From the NCBI RefSeq assembly GCF_018350175.1, contig NC_058375.1, positions 114,018,001 to 114,082,000 on the forward strand: a stretch of DNA of 64,000 nt, in the 5' to 3' direction. Both the position numbers and the translations under genes were made by a program. The first letter of the stretch is position 1. Each line of letters starts with the position of its first letter. The stretch comes from Felis catus. Taxonomy: Eukaryota. Below, piece by piece: positions 1-12,405 of the stretch. The notes under the pieces were generated by a model. It was given only the letters and a program-made list of their open reading frames with translations. It searched no databases and was not told where the DNA came from.

Positions 1-1731
1 GAAAGAATTAATCAGCAATCAAAGAGAAATAGGAAGAGGTATTATTTTCTTCTGGAGGAAAAAAAAAATAGCTTACAAGTTGATTTAATACAATGGTAAG
101 ATTTAAGCCTAAATGTATCTGTCACTGTAATCCAAAAATCCATTTTAAATTACACAAAGATTCAGTGTAAATCTAGGCTAGCACCTAATAGGAAAACATA
201 ACAATGTTAGCTACAAATGTATCCAGCACAAGGAAATGACAAAAGGACACACTACTGGGTCACATAATGCTAAGAGTTACCATTTGATACTAAGAAATAG
301 TTACTATTCGATACTATAGGATGCCTGGTGTGTGTCAGGCACAGCCGTAGACACACGTTACATGCAGGATAGCTAACCTTATACAGTAATACTAAGCTTC
401 AGTTTTACACAGATGTAAACAAAGGCTCAGAAGATCACCCTGATTTTGTCTGAGCTCACCCACCCATCAGCCCAGCAGCTGACATCTACCCCCCGGCATG
501 GCTGTGCTCAACATATTCTCCCCTTCACAGAAAGAAGTTCTTGCTTCTCACTCAGATACACTTAATATGAAAAATCAAATGTGATGTTCAGAGACTTATT
601 TCAACTTCAGAGTCTCCAGCATGCATTTACAAACTTTCTAGTAGCACTCAGAGTTAGCTTTGTAAACGCAGCTGCCCTTCTAGCTCTGGGAGTTCCCCAA
701 GGTCCCCGGAGGGACCTATCCACCTAATCGTGACTTACTAGCTTTACTCATAACAAAGAAAGCTTTTGTTGCAATGCTTAAATTTGGAAAAGCATCCATG
801 GACTATATTTGTCTTTGCATTTGCTTGGGGCTTCTAACCTGATCGTATCACTTTACCTCTTTCTAAGCTAAAAAAGTAAAGAATGAAGCTCCTAAGATGT
901 ACTTAATATGAAGATGTGAGGATATTTTACTCTCCATTTATACAGAAAACACAATAAAACAAAAATCCAGTCCAAACAAAAACTCATAAGCCCTGCAGAC
1001 AGGCTAGTGTCAACTCTAGACTTGGCTCCACTGGCCTCTCCTTGGGCTCACAGTGTTCAAGAACCCGATTCATGGCATCCCTATCATGTTGCACAGAACA
1101 AAACTTCACTAATGCAGCTGGCTGGGACATTGTGGGCAGATTAGATATGGAGTACAAATGGCTGGTTGATTCAGACAGCTGGAAAATCATCTAGAAAGAT
1201 AAGATAGCATAACTTATTCAGTGCCCTTGGCTTTGGTGCTGAAATTGCCATCCGGTGAGGGGGGCCTCTCAGCGAGGCTCCCCAACCTGTTTAACCCAGT
1301 CAGGTATGAAAATGTGAAATCAGCCTGCCACATCCACCTCCCTGAGGCCTGATTGGAGGCACACATTCCCCTAATCTGCCTGCTCCTGGTTGGGGTGATG
1401 CTCTGGGAACTAGACTCCTATCATGCTTGGGGTGGTGCATGCTTACTCCAAGGGAGTAAGCCTTGACTTTGCAACCAAATGGTAATTTCCTTGTGAGTAG
1501 AGATCAGGGGTACATTGAAAAAGAAAGACGGTTTTGTTGTGTTGTTTTAGCCAAGGAGTTCTACATTAAAGCCCTAGCCATTCCACTTATGAGCCTTATA
1601 AACCTAGCCTCATTACCACACTAGGTTTCCATTATCTTAAATCTAAAAGCATGCTAATAAACCTACTTTGGAAGATTATAACACATTTCCAAGCAAACAC
1701 ATACTTGCTGTTTTAAAAGTCCGTGGTAGGA

Positions 1732-1838
1732 GAGGCCCCAGGGCGGTGCAGTTGGTTAAGGATCAGACTTTGGCTCAGGTCATGATCTCATGGTTTGTGA
1801 GTTCGAGTCCCATATCAGGCTCTGTGCTGACAGTGTGG
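1732..1838 (+). mobile_element. Can-SINE, 3' end lost in gap
   Basis: tRNA-like head (gcagttggttaag...ggctcaggtcatgatctc...gttcgagtcc). Confidence 0.9.
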
Positions 1839-1992
1839 NNNNNNNNNNNNNNNNNNNNNNNNNNNNNNNNNNNNNNNNNNNNNNNNNNNNNNNNNNNNNN
1901 NNNNNNNNNNNNNNNNNNNNNNNNNNNNNNNNNNNNNNNNNNNNNNNNNNNNNNNNNNNNNNNNNNNNNNNNNNNNNNNNNNNNNNNNNNNN
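1839..1992. other. Assembly gap (154 N)
   Basis: Run of N; it truncates a SINE. Confidence 1.
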
Positions 1993-2300
1993 ATCACAGC
2001 ATATGCAGGCTACTGAGATTAGTTTACTGTCTCTCCAGCATAAATGGCATAGAGACATGTGCCCCACTTCCCTCAGAAAGTTTCCATGTGTCATTCTCAG
2101 CTTCTTCCTCCTCCACCAGCTGAATGGAGGTTCCCAAGGACTTAGAAAGAAGTAGAACTGTAAGACAGAAGTGGACTGAGTCCCCACGTGGCTGAAGAGA
2201 TCAGCCACACTACGGTGTGATGTGAGACAAAAAGAAACTTGTATTTTGCTAAGCCATGGAGATCTGGGGATGGCTTACCACCTTGGTTATTAGCTTATTA
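1993..2300 (+). mobile_element. MLT1-type (ERVL-MaLR) LTR fragment
   Basis: The 3' end gtgagacaaaaagaaacttgtattttgctaagccatggagatctgggga resembles MLT1 termini. Confidence 0.6.
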
Positions 2301-2350
2301 GACCTGAGCCGAAGTCGGACCCTCAACCAACTGAGCCACCCAGGCAACCC
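2301..2350 (-). mobile_element. Can-SINE head-only fragment
   Basis: gacctgagccgaagtcggaccctcaaccaactgagccacccagg is the reverse complement of the SINE 5' end. Confidence 0.85.
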
Positions 2351-2378
2351 GAAAAACAATTCTTAAAGGGGATCTTCA

Positions 2379-2590
2379 GGGGTCCCTGGGTGGCTGAGTC
2401 GGTTGAGTGACTGTTGGTTTCCTCTCAGGACATGATCTCTCAGTTCGTGAATGGAGCACCACACTGACAGTGTGGAGCCTGCTTGGGATCATCTCTCTTT
2501 CCCTCTCTCTCTGCCCCTTTCCCCCCTCCCCTGTACAAATAAATAAATAAATAAACTTAAAATAAATAAACAAATAAGCTCAAAAAAATA
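2379..2590 (+). mobile_element. Can-SINE
   Basis: Head, CT-rich body and (aaat)n tail; approximate TSD aa(g/a)g(g/t)gatcttca. Confidence 0.9.
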
Positions 2591-2924
2591 AAAGTGATCT
2601 TCATAATTCTATAAGTTTGAGGGATTTTGAAGCTGATCTGCCCCAGCTCTGAGCACGGAGACTGAGAACAGCACTGGTAGTGGGTTATTTCCAAGGTCAG
2701 TAAGCAAAGCTGTCAGCCTGCCTCTCAAGGCAACGCGCCTGAGCTCTTCTCTCCAGTAAGGAGGAGCTGTGGACTCTTGACATAGGCTTCACTTGGTGTC
2801 CAAGGACCTTCACCCTGCCTCTGACTTCACTCTTCACTAGAGCAATGTGTGCAGCAGGGTCTTAGGAAATTGAAAACCATATAGATCACCAGAGCGAGGC
2901 AGAGAGAGCAAAGCTACCCAATTA

Positions 2925-3040
2925 TCGCTGCACTGCAATTTCCTCTTCTGTAAAATATAATAATCTGCTTACCCCACAGGCTTGTTTTGAAGAGCAAATG
3001 GGATCATGGGAACGTGCATTTAAACTGTCTGATGCGTTGT
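2925..3040 (+). mobile_element. MIR fragment
   Basis: caatttcctcttctgtaaaatataataatctgcttaccccacagg. Confidence 0.6.
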
Positions 3041-5339
3041 AGGTGCCTGGTAAATCGAGGAGGGGCAAAGTGAGAGGAGGAAACCAGAAATTAAAGTGGA
3101 CAGAAACTATAAAGTAGAATATTGGAAACACTGCGGGAGGACTCTTCAGGTTTCCCAAACATGGTCTGAGATGGTTTTAAGGAGGAGGCATGGATTTGCT
3201 TGGAGAGGAGAGAGCACAAAGGCATTCAGAATGGTGAACACGCAGGGGTAGTAACCATGGATTCCCACCAAGGCAAGCGATAACGTCGTGCTGTAAAAGA
3301 ATCCTTTTTGAGCACTTGCGTAGACCCCAGTGGGAACTCTGTGCAAAGGTTTCCAGGGGAAGAAGATGCCATCCCTGGTCAGACGGTGAGGAACAGAGGG
3401 AATACAGTACAATAGCCTTGGGGCCTAAGAGAGGAAGAGGCCAGCAGAAATAGTCACCTTGTTGGTTAGGTGGTGTATACAGCCTCCCAGCAAGGGGGTC
3501 CTGGAGCCTGATCTCATCATCCATTGAACCTACTTCCAGTTTTTATAAATATTCATATTAAACTGAATGGAATCCCCATTCTAGAATGGATTAAATCTTC
3601 AGTTATCCTTTTGTCCTTGTCAGACACCTCGAGAAGAAGCCCCCGATGGGACTTCACGGGGGAAACCTGCCTACCTCTTAGAGTCAGATACTGGTTCCCA
3701 GAATGGGCAAAGCCAGGGAAGCAGCCATGGCCCCTACTTCCGTGTTGTCCTAATGAGGCCGCTCACCGCGTGCACGTGCTCTCTGCTCCCTCACCACAAA
3801 CCCACCTAAGAACAGACAAGACATCTGCCGAGGACTTCTGACCCAAAGAAAACCAGCTCATTCGGGATGGCACGTCTTTCAGTTGGGACTGGAAAGTGCA
3901 CGGGGCTGAAACCGCAATCCAGTCTTTCCAGATTGCTTGTATGTCAATCTTTCAAGACGCATTTTAAGGCTGATTGAAGGCAGAGAGCTTTCACCGTATG
4001 TTTTAATATGTAACTTACAGCTCTGCCTCTGGGTCTGTAAAAAAGCCCCAGCCTAAGAATGTGCCTCTTTCTTGGACTCCGGGATAGATTCCCTGCAGTA
4101 CTATTTATACTGCAACATGACAATCACCTTTGGGGAAGATGGCCTCTGCTACAACAGAGACAATCTTTGTCTTGCTTGGATAGCCATTATGAGCATATAT
4201 TACAATCTTCCTTTTCCTCTTTTTTTTTTCTTTTTGCTAGTAAGCTTGCCTTCTGGGGCCTCTGTTTGTCTCCTGTGCCTGCCAAGTCTTCTGGTGTGAA
4301 GGAACATCTCTTGACAGATCATTGCCTGAGACCCTTCCCCTTCTGTGCACTCCCACCTTCTGGAAAACTTAACTGAAGTTGCCCAGTCTTTGTACAAACT
4401 CTCAAACACTTTTTCTCAGTCACTGCTGCCTGAACTCTGTCTAACCTTTACCAATATTCCACAAAGTCCTTAATGAGATTGTTTTATGTTGTCACGCTAG
4501 AAAATTGGAGATGAAAGAGCTTTGATTTCTTGGAGGAATCACATAAGGGAGTCTGTGCACTCACTTTTATTCTTTATCTTCTAATTAGAAGATTGGAGGT
4601 TTTTTTTTTTTAAATAGGAAGAATGAGGAAGCTAGGAGAAGCTTATCATGAAGACATTATTTCAACCTTCAATTTTGTTCCCTTTTTCACTTTTATTCTC
4701 ACCTTAATATGATTTTAACTTACAATTATGAAACCTGAGATGATCTCTACTAATCGAGAAACAAAGAGATCCGTATTGTTCAGACAAGCATGTTGAAGAA
4801 CTGGAAAGGGTAAAAGAGGGTATCCCCACCCCAGACTGCTGAAGGCGCCCAGCCTGGATGCCCACTGCCTCCCTACACAGTCTGTCCAGTCAACCTATCT
4901 CCTTATTGGCTCCCAAGGCAGCTATCTGTGCCTGCCTTTATCATCTCCATCAACATGCCATGATCCTTTAGTGAGAGCCTATGAGAAGCCAGAAATTCCT
5001 TCTTTTCTTAAGTTCCGTCCAGTTGTGCCAACATCTGCAACCTATAAGGACTTACTCCTCCCCACTTCTCATATAAAGGTGACCCAACGTTAGGTGTCCC
5101 ATACTGTTCCGATTTCTAGAATCTTTTCTATTCCACTTATTCAGCAAAGACTTTACCAAAGAGTTAACCTTCTTAATCACTCCATATGCACAGACTGTGT
5201 CCCCTAAACACTTCATAAAGGCAGAAACGAAATATCCATCTGTAACAAATATATGGAATGATATAGGTCACATATATGACATGATATGATATGTGTAAAT
5301 ACACACCCATTTACACACATCAACAGATACAGCTGCACA

Positions 5340-5438
5340 GGGCCTCTGCGGTGGCTCAGCTGGTTAAGCGGCGTCCAACTCTTGGTTTCGGCTTGGGTCA
5401 TGATCTCGCAGTTTGTGAGATCCAGCGCTGCATGGGGC
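5340..5438 (+). mobile_element. Can-SINE 5' fragment
   Basis: gtggctcagctggttaagcg...ggtcatgatctcgcagtttgtgag. Confidence 0.8.
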
Positions 5439-5544
5439 AATGAGTAAGCATATTGAAGGCTCTGAGGAGGAGGAGGACCAAACATTCAGAAGTCTCTCCT
5501 ATCATTTGCTAAACACCACCAGGCCTTTAAAAATGTGATTTCCA

Positions 5545-6190
5545 TTTTCCCAAGAAATAATTATCAGGCTGGCAAAAATCCAAACTTTTGGCAATGATCT
5601 TTGTTAGCGAGTTCTGTTAGCGAGTTTTGCACACGCAGAAACTGGCACTGTCACGCGCTGCTCAATGCCTGAATGGCTCAGTGCCTGGGGCACTCAGTTT
5701 GGTGACATCCAGCAAAACCACACATATCCTTTGACCCTGCAATGTCTCTTTTGGGAATCTAACCTGCAGATAGACTTGCAAGTGTGTAAAATGGCAGATG
5801 TTCAAGTTTAGGCATTGTGCTTTTATTCGTGTAGGATTAGAAAAAGAAATCTAAAAAAGCCTATCAATCCAGGCTTTATGAAATGAATTATGGCACAGCT
5901 CTACAAGTGAATCCCAAACAACTGAAAAAACAATGACAGAATTCTTTATGTGCTGATATGGAATGATGAGCTCTAAGATCACTATTTGAAAACCAGAGTG
6001 TATAATGTGCATTTGTATTTGCTTGTATTTCTATAAAGAAAATCAAAGGTAGAAGACACAAGTTACCTATGATAGCCTCAGGGCAGGTCTGGGCAGACAG
6101 AAGATAAACAGGAAAATCAGGGTTTCACTGAATATCTTTTTTATATGAATTGATCTGTATCCCTGAAAACATAGTACCTATTTGAAATTT
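5545..6190 (+). mobile_element. Old L1 (L1ME-like) 3' region
   Basis: Motifs such as cacatatcctttgaccctgcaatgtctcttttgggaatct and ctttatgtgctgatatggaatga are typical of L1M 3' UTRs. Confidence 0.6.
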
Positions 6191-6191
6191 A

Positions 6192-6434
6192 TTTTTTTAT
6201 TTTATTTTATTTTTATTTAAAAAAAAATTTTTAACGTTTATTTATTGTTGAGACAGGGAGAGACAGGGCATGAACAGGGGAGGGTCAGAGAGAGAGTGAG
6301 ACACAGAATCTGAAACAGGCTCCAGGCTCTGAGCCGTCAGCACAGAGCCCGATGTGGGGCTCGAACTCACGGACCGCGAGATCGTGACCTGGCTGAAGTC
6401 GGACGCTTAACCGACCGAGCCACCCAGGCGCCCC
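6192..6434 (-). mobile_element. Feliform Can-SINE (SINEC_Fc-like), full length
   Basis: Intact body with a perfect 15-bp TSD cctatttgaaattta (6177-6191 and 6435-6449). Confidence 0.97.
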
Positions 6435-6504
6435 CCTATTTGAAATTTAAATAAAAAATTCAAGCATCATTTTTATACATTTAAAATCACATTCTTAAAA
6501 TCTA

Positions 6505-7130
6505 TGGAGGGACTTCCAGTTCAGACAAGGTAACTTAGACTTGCCTCTCTCTGATCTTCCTTGCTAATTAGAACTACCATCCTGGAAGATAATGCAAGAA
6601 GTAGCCAAGGAAGACGCTGAAATATGAAAAGAGGAGGGAGACATGCTTTGGGACTTCAAAACTGAAGAGATAACACAACAGTGATTCTATACCCTCCCTC
6701 TGGCCCAAGAAGGTGACCCACATCCAGCATTTTTTTTACCTTAATGTAGCATGGAAGCAGTGAGATAGGATCATCCTCCCCTGACTCCCAGCACACTGAA
6801 TGGAAAGAGACTACCTCTAACAACAACAGGTGAGGTTGGCACTACCTGGCAGAACCTGGAATTGGGATCCCACTACCAATAAATGGCCAAGAGAAGGGGT
6901 CTCCTTCATTGTTAGGGCTGACACTCAGCTTCCTTACCAAAAGCCACCAGGCAAGCCCGGAAACACTTACAGGACAGATCCTGCCATGGAAGAGAGAAGC
7001 CTGATGGGAAGCAGAAAAATCAGCTGTTCTGCCCAAAAACACAGACTGTGGTCCTTCCATGGACTCCTACTGAGCAAAGAAAAAGGCAACACCTTAAATG
7101 AATCTTCAGGGAATTATGCTGAGTGAAACA
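6505..7130 (+). mobile_element. Old L1M fragment(s): 5'-like start and a short 3'-UTR-like end
   Basis: Starts gacttccagttcagacaagg and ends aaatgaatcttcagggaattatgctgagtgaaa. Confidence 0.45.
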
Positions 7131-7205
7131 TTTAATTCTACCCACACATCCCTTCCCCTCTCACAGGTCCTTAACTGCTATAGGCTTTTTTAAATTCAAT
7201 CTCTG

Positions 7206-7331
7206 GGGGCACATGGGTGGCTCAGTTATTTAAACATCTGACTCTTGATGTTGGCTCAGGTCATGAGCTCGTGCTTCATGAGATCAAGCCCTGTGTCAGG
7301 CTTCATGCTGACAGTGCAAAGCCTGCTTGGG

Positions 7332-7382
<51 letters not shown>

Positions 7383-7411
7383 ATAAATAAAGTAAAATTT
7401 GAAAAAAAAAA
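7206..7411 (+). mobile_element. Can-SINE
   Basis: Head, long (CT)n and A tail. Confidence 0.93.
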
Positions 7412-7464
7412 TCCTATCTTTGATAGAAGATGAGGTATTGATGCTTAGCATAAACTGGGCCTTT

Positions 7465-7641
7465 TAAAAAAATGTTTATTTATATATATATATTTATTTA
7501 TTTATTTAGAGAGATTCCCAAGCAGACTCTGTGCTGTCCGTACAGAGCCCATCTTGTGGCTTGATCCCATGAACATTAGATCTTGACCTGAGCCAAGATC
7601 AAGAGTTGGAGGTGCAAATGACTAAGCCACCCAAGTGCCCC
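7465..7641 (-). mobile_element. Can-SINE
   Basis: Reverse-complement head; TSD taaactggg(c/a)ctttt. Confidence 0.92.
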
Positions 7642-7932
7642 TAAACTGGGACTTTTTAAATCTTGCATTGGGTTTATGCTTTGTGATATAAAGGCATTAT
7701 AAGGATGTTTATCACCTGCAAGTGAGAAGAAAATCTAACTCTTGTCCAAGATTGTAACAAAAGGCAGAAGAAATTATCTTCATTAAATAAAATGTAAAGC
7801 AAGGGTAGGGAACAAATATGGGGTTGTGCTTTGATTGCATAAAATATAACATGGTCAGCATCTTAGACACACCAGGGCTGATGGGGATAACATTGTGGCC
7901 CGTGTTATCATTAAGGTGCTAAATCATTCTAA

Positions 7933-8152
7933 GGGTGCCTGGGTGGCTCAGTTGGTTAAGCATCTAACTCTTGATTTTGGTTCAGGTCATGATCTCATGA
8001 TTTGTGGGATCAATCCCAGCATGAGGCTCTAGGCTGACACTGTGAAGCATGCTTGGGATTCTCTCTGTCCCTCTCTGGCTTGTATGTGTGCTTTCTCTTC
8101 TCTCTCTCTCTCTCTCTCTCTCTCAGATTAAATAAATAAACTTGAAACAAAG
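7933..8152 (+). mobile_element. Can-SINE
   Basis: Head gggtgcctgggtggctcagttggttaag, (CT)n and A-rich tail. Confidence 0.93.
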
Positions 8153-8289
8153 ACGCTAAACAATTCAATATGGCATCAGCTATAACAAGACAGTTGTACC
8201 ATATCAGGCAGAAGCATGACATATTAGGTGGAAGTATAACCAAATATGGCAAGATGAATATCAGTACCACAGTGATGGTTTGACAGATA

Positions 8290-8666
8290 GCACTGGTCAG
8301 TTTTAGGTGTCAACTTGGCTGGAGTATAGTCCCCATTTATTCAATCAAACACTTATCTATATTTTGAAGATGTGATCAAAGTCCATAATCCATTGACTGA
8401 CTAAGAAAGATCATCCTAACATATCTGGATGGACTCGCTTCAATCAGTTGAAAGGCCTGAGAGCAGAGCTGGGATTCCCTGAAGAAGAGGAAATCATCCC
8501 TGTGAATGGTACCTCCAGCTGCCACCCTGGGATTCCAGGGTTGCCTGGCCAGCTCCCACAACAGCACAGGCCATTTGGCAGGGGCGGGGGGATGGGTGGA
8601 TATATACCTTAATATATACTTCCTCCTGATTCTGTTTCTCTGCTGAAACCCTGCTGACTGATGACA
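8290..8666 (+). mobile_element. MLT2-type ERVL solo LTR
   Basis: Starts ttttaggtgtcaacttggctgg, has internal caatcagttgaaaggcctga, and ends ctgattctgtttctctgctgaaaccctgctgactga. Confidence 0.8.
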
Positions 8667-9849
8667 ATTTTGTTATCATCAATATTCTTCTCCATTAGTA
8701 AGAACCTCAATCTATACAAGTCAGTCTCCTTATTTACCCCAACTCCAGCCAAGTTAATTCCACCCTGGATTCCTGACCCTCCCCCGCTTTCCCTGGCCTT
8801 GCAGATCACACTTACACACCAGGTATAGTTCAATTCTAGAATTACTGAACATTCCCCCCCACACTTCATGTTTCATCTGGTCCCTCCTGCTCGGGTGTCT
8901 ATACGTTTATCTTTACCCATATGCAATTCAATTTATTCCTTGACCATGTACGATCTTGAACTATGTTCTGAGTATATAATATAGGACCCCCACCATTCTT
9001 GCTAATTTCAAAGTCCTTGAGAACAGGCATAAGATCTTTAATTACTCTGGTATCACCCACAATGATATTGTTGGACCTGGAATGAGCACTTACTTACACA
9101 TGACTGACAGAAGCCTATGCTGTGTGGAAGGGTGATCTGAAAGGAGAAGAGATTTTCACAAATCGGCGCTAAATGAAAATAAACAACTTAATTAAATCCT
9201 AATATAACCAATATAAACTGTGGAAATCATCTATGTTCACAGATTTGGGGATCAACTATAGTCATTATAATATGATGATAATAAGTAGACTATGCATTGC
9301 TTAATGTAGGCAAAAGCAATTTCCTTCCTTGGTTATTATTACCTAAGTACTTTCTGAATCCAGTGATTATAAGATCTATGGAGACCTGTGATATCATACT
9401 TAATTCAAGGCAACGGAGGTATGATAGAGGTGGAAGAAAATTATGTCAAGTCCTCCTCTTTGGGGGAACTTCTCAACACCAAGCAAGAAGAGAAAACGGC
9501 AGGTTGTCCATGGTAGGCTCATAGAAGGCACAAGAAAGACTAACCAGAGAAAGCTAAAAGAAGGTATTAGCTTCTAAGAGAAGCAGATCTTCTACCCACC
9601 AGAGAGGCACAATAATAGCAGGAGGTATTGATCACCCTGTTTCTACAGCATCACTTGAGGAAGGATGTAAATAACATATTTGTACTGAAAGGTCCTTTCC
9701 AAACATAGAAATCAGCATCTGTTACTAATCTAAAAGCTCTCTACTGAAGACCAGAAAAGGTAAAAGTGTGGAGGATTTATGAAGGAAAGTAAGTAAATCA
9801 AGAGAGCCTCCTACATAAGGCACCATACCTGACGCTCCAAAGTGATCCC

Positions 9850-9990
9850 TTATTTATCATCCAAAAAAAAAAAAAAAAAATCCTAAGACACAGATATGAT
9901 TACTCCTATATTTAGAGGTAAGAAAAGGAAGTTTCAGAGAATTTGAGTAATTTTTCCTAGGTTACCCAATTTTTAATTGCCAGAGCCTGG
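9850..9990 (-). mobile_element. MIR fragment
   Basis: attactcctatatttagaggtaagaaaaggaagtttcagagaatttgagtaatttttcctaggttaccca. Confidence 0.6.
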
Positions 9991-10829
9991 AAGTGAATGA
10001 ATTTCTCTTCTCGTACTTTATCTCCAGAAAACTAAAGTTCTCTTCTCATGCTTCATGTCCATAAAACAAAACACAATTTAATTTGTTGTATACCTCTTTT
10101 GACAATCCCCTGCTAATGTCATCAGACTGAAGACTTCCCCTAGGTAGAATCAGTAGAGCATAGGTCCTTACCCTGATGGCCTGTGAGCTCCAGGCAGACT
10201 GCAGATTATGTAACGTTTATCCCACTGAAAGCCCATTTGGACAACACGCGGCCATGAAATCAAATGTCAGCAGACGATTCACTTGGTTCCTCTTTCAGCC
10301 ATCATGACAGTGGGATCAGGGAGACAGGAGCAAGGGGATGATTGCCAAGGTCTTCATCATCACATTAGCTGCCGGTGGGAAATCTGCACTGCCAAAACAC
10401 GACTCTGACAACTCGTCCGTTGACAGACTAATAAACTCAGTTACACATCCTGCTCTGACAATGGACAGCTTCATTTCCTTTTCATGTTTTCTACATATAC
10501 TGACGCACCCAAAAATCCTCTTTGTGCTAATATCTTCAAATGCAGACTACACCTATGCCGCCTGGAAGATGATTTACAAGCCAGTTTGGGAGCTAATGGG
10601 GGACTGGACTGTACGTGGGGGTCCGTAAGAAATGTGCTCCTAATTCAAAGAAAGAGCCTCAGGCCTCCACTCAAGTGAAAAACAGGAAATTTCTCTTCAT
10701 GGTGACCAAAGAGAAAGCCTAACTAACCTTGTGGGGTATCATACATTGTGTTGTCTTTCTCCTCTCAGTGGAGAAGATATACAAACACACATCAAGGAAA
10801 TGCCAACAAGCTGACAGTAAAAACTCCAT

Positions 10830-11400
10830 TCTCTCAACATTTATTTTGCATACACCATATTCCAGAGCCGATGCTAGGTATTCAGGGCACAGGCATGAAA
10901 AGCCCAAGTGCCTATCCTCAAGGAGATTAAGTTAATGCTAACGAAAGATCAAATAGGTGATCCTCAAGCAGAGCATTGAGGTAGAATAGAGAATTATCTG
11001 GAAGAAAAAGTCAGGAGAAACATTTAGGATCAGGGGTACCTGGCTGGCTCAGCGGGTAGAGCGTCCAACTCTTGATCTCAGGGTTGTGGGTTCAAGCCCC
11101 ATATTGGCTGTAGAGATTACTTAAAAACAAACAAACAAACATCTAGGGTCAAAAGAATGCAGAAAAAAGAATTTGATGTGCTTAGCAGTGAAAGCGGATC
11201 AGACTTACTATAACATGGATACATATGGGATCATGACTGAAAAGTGTGATTTACAAGGGCTCCAGGTGATGAAGAGCCATACTTACTCAAATGGGAAGCA
11301 GGGATTTAATCATTAAGACAATGGAGAGCCACTGAAGAATGTGAAGCAGAGAAGTGATATGCTCAGAGTTCCTTTTACCATACAGGTAACATCAACTGAA
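10830..11400 (-). mobile_element. L2 fragment interrupted by a SINE
   Basis: caacatttattttgcatacaccatattccagagccgatgctagg resembles the reverse-complement L2 3' end. Confidence 0.5.
11033..11137 (+). mobile_element. Short tRNA-derived carnivore SINE (SINEC_c-like)
   Basis: tggctggctcagcgggtagagc...ggttcaagccccatattggctgtagagattacttaaaa; approximate TSD aacat(t/c)tagg(a/g)tca. Confidence 0.85.
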
Positions 11401-12204
11401 TTTTGAAATAACCCTAGAATTTCACCACTATCAACTTACCTTAGCTAGAACATGATACAGCCATGGAAAGTTCTGTGGGATACACACACGGATAAATTCA
11501 AGACAACAAGAATATCCAGGTTTTAGTCCTGCTCCAGTCTTATAATGGAATGTCCTTGGGCTCTGCCTTCTAAACTTCTCTGAATATTGGGGTCCTTCCT
11601 CTAAATACTTGCCTTGTCCCTCACCAAGGTTGCCATGGAAACAAATTGATGTAAATATGTAAGAAGAAGGAACATATAAGGAAGGGCTAGAATCATACTT
11701 GTCAAAGGGATTTCATGCTCATTGATTCATGAATTTATCCTAGGAGCAATAAAAAACAGATTCTATTATTTTCCCTTGGGATATGGTGCAAGTGAGGCTC
11801 AAATTGGTGAAATAACTTGCCATTGGTCACAGTGTGATCGTGTTATGGAATTTTAATGGATAAAGAAATATTTTCTAAATTTTATCTCTAAATACATAGT
11901 AAAAATATTTTGGCAAGTTTCAAGCTGAGCACACTAGAAATTCCTTTTTCATGACATGTTATATAGTACAATCTTACCCTATCATTTAAAGTAAAACTGA
12001 TAACCTATAATGAATGATCATGCCATCTCTCTCATTCACTCATCACCTACTACGCTGATTACTCTTTGAGTTGATCCATTTCTAATAAAATTCACAGTAG
12101 TGCAACTCAACCAAATGCTTCAAGGGCAACATGTAAGAGCTTTAAGCATTTGTGACCCTTATACCCTCATATTTTAACTTGTTTTACTTTGAAAGACTTT
12201 TTTT

Positions 12205-12234
12205 TCGCTCTTTTTAAAGTTTATTTTTATTTCT

Positions 12235-12278
<44 letters not shown>

Positions 12279-12405
12279 CAGGGGATGGGTAGAGAGCCCT
12301 GTGCTGTCAGTGCAGAGCCCAAAGCAGGGCTCAAACTCAGAAACCACGAGATCACAACCCGAGCCAAAGTCGGACACATAACCCACTGAGCCACCCAGGT
12401 GCCCC
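12205..12405 (-). mobile_element. Can-SINE
   Basis: (AG)n and reverse-complement head ending gtgcccc. Confidence 0.92.

Noticed and set aside
11033-11110. tRNA-like sequence with A and B boxes
   Set aside because: It has a SINE tail and TSD and no proper cloverleaf; it is a tRNA-derived SINE, not a tRNA gene.
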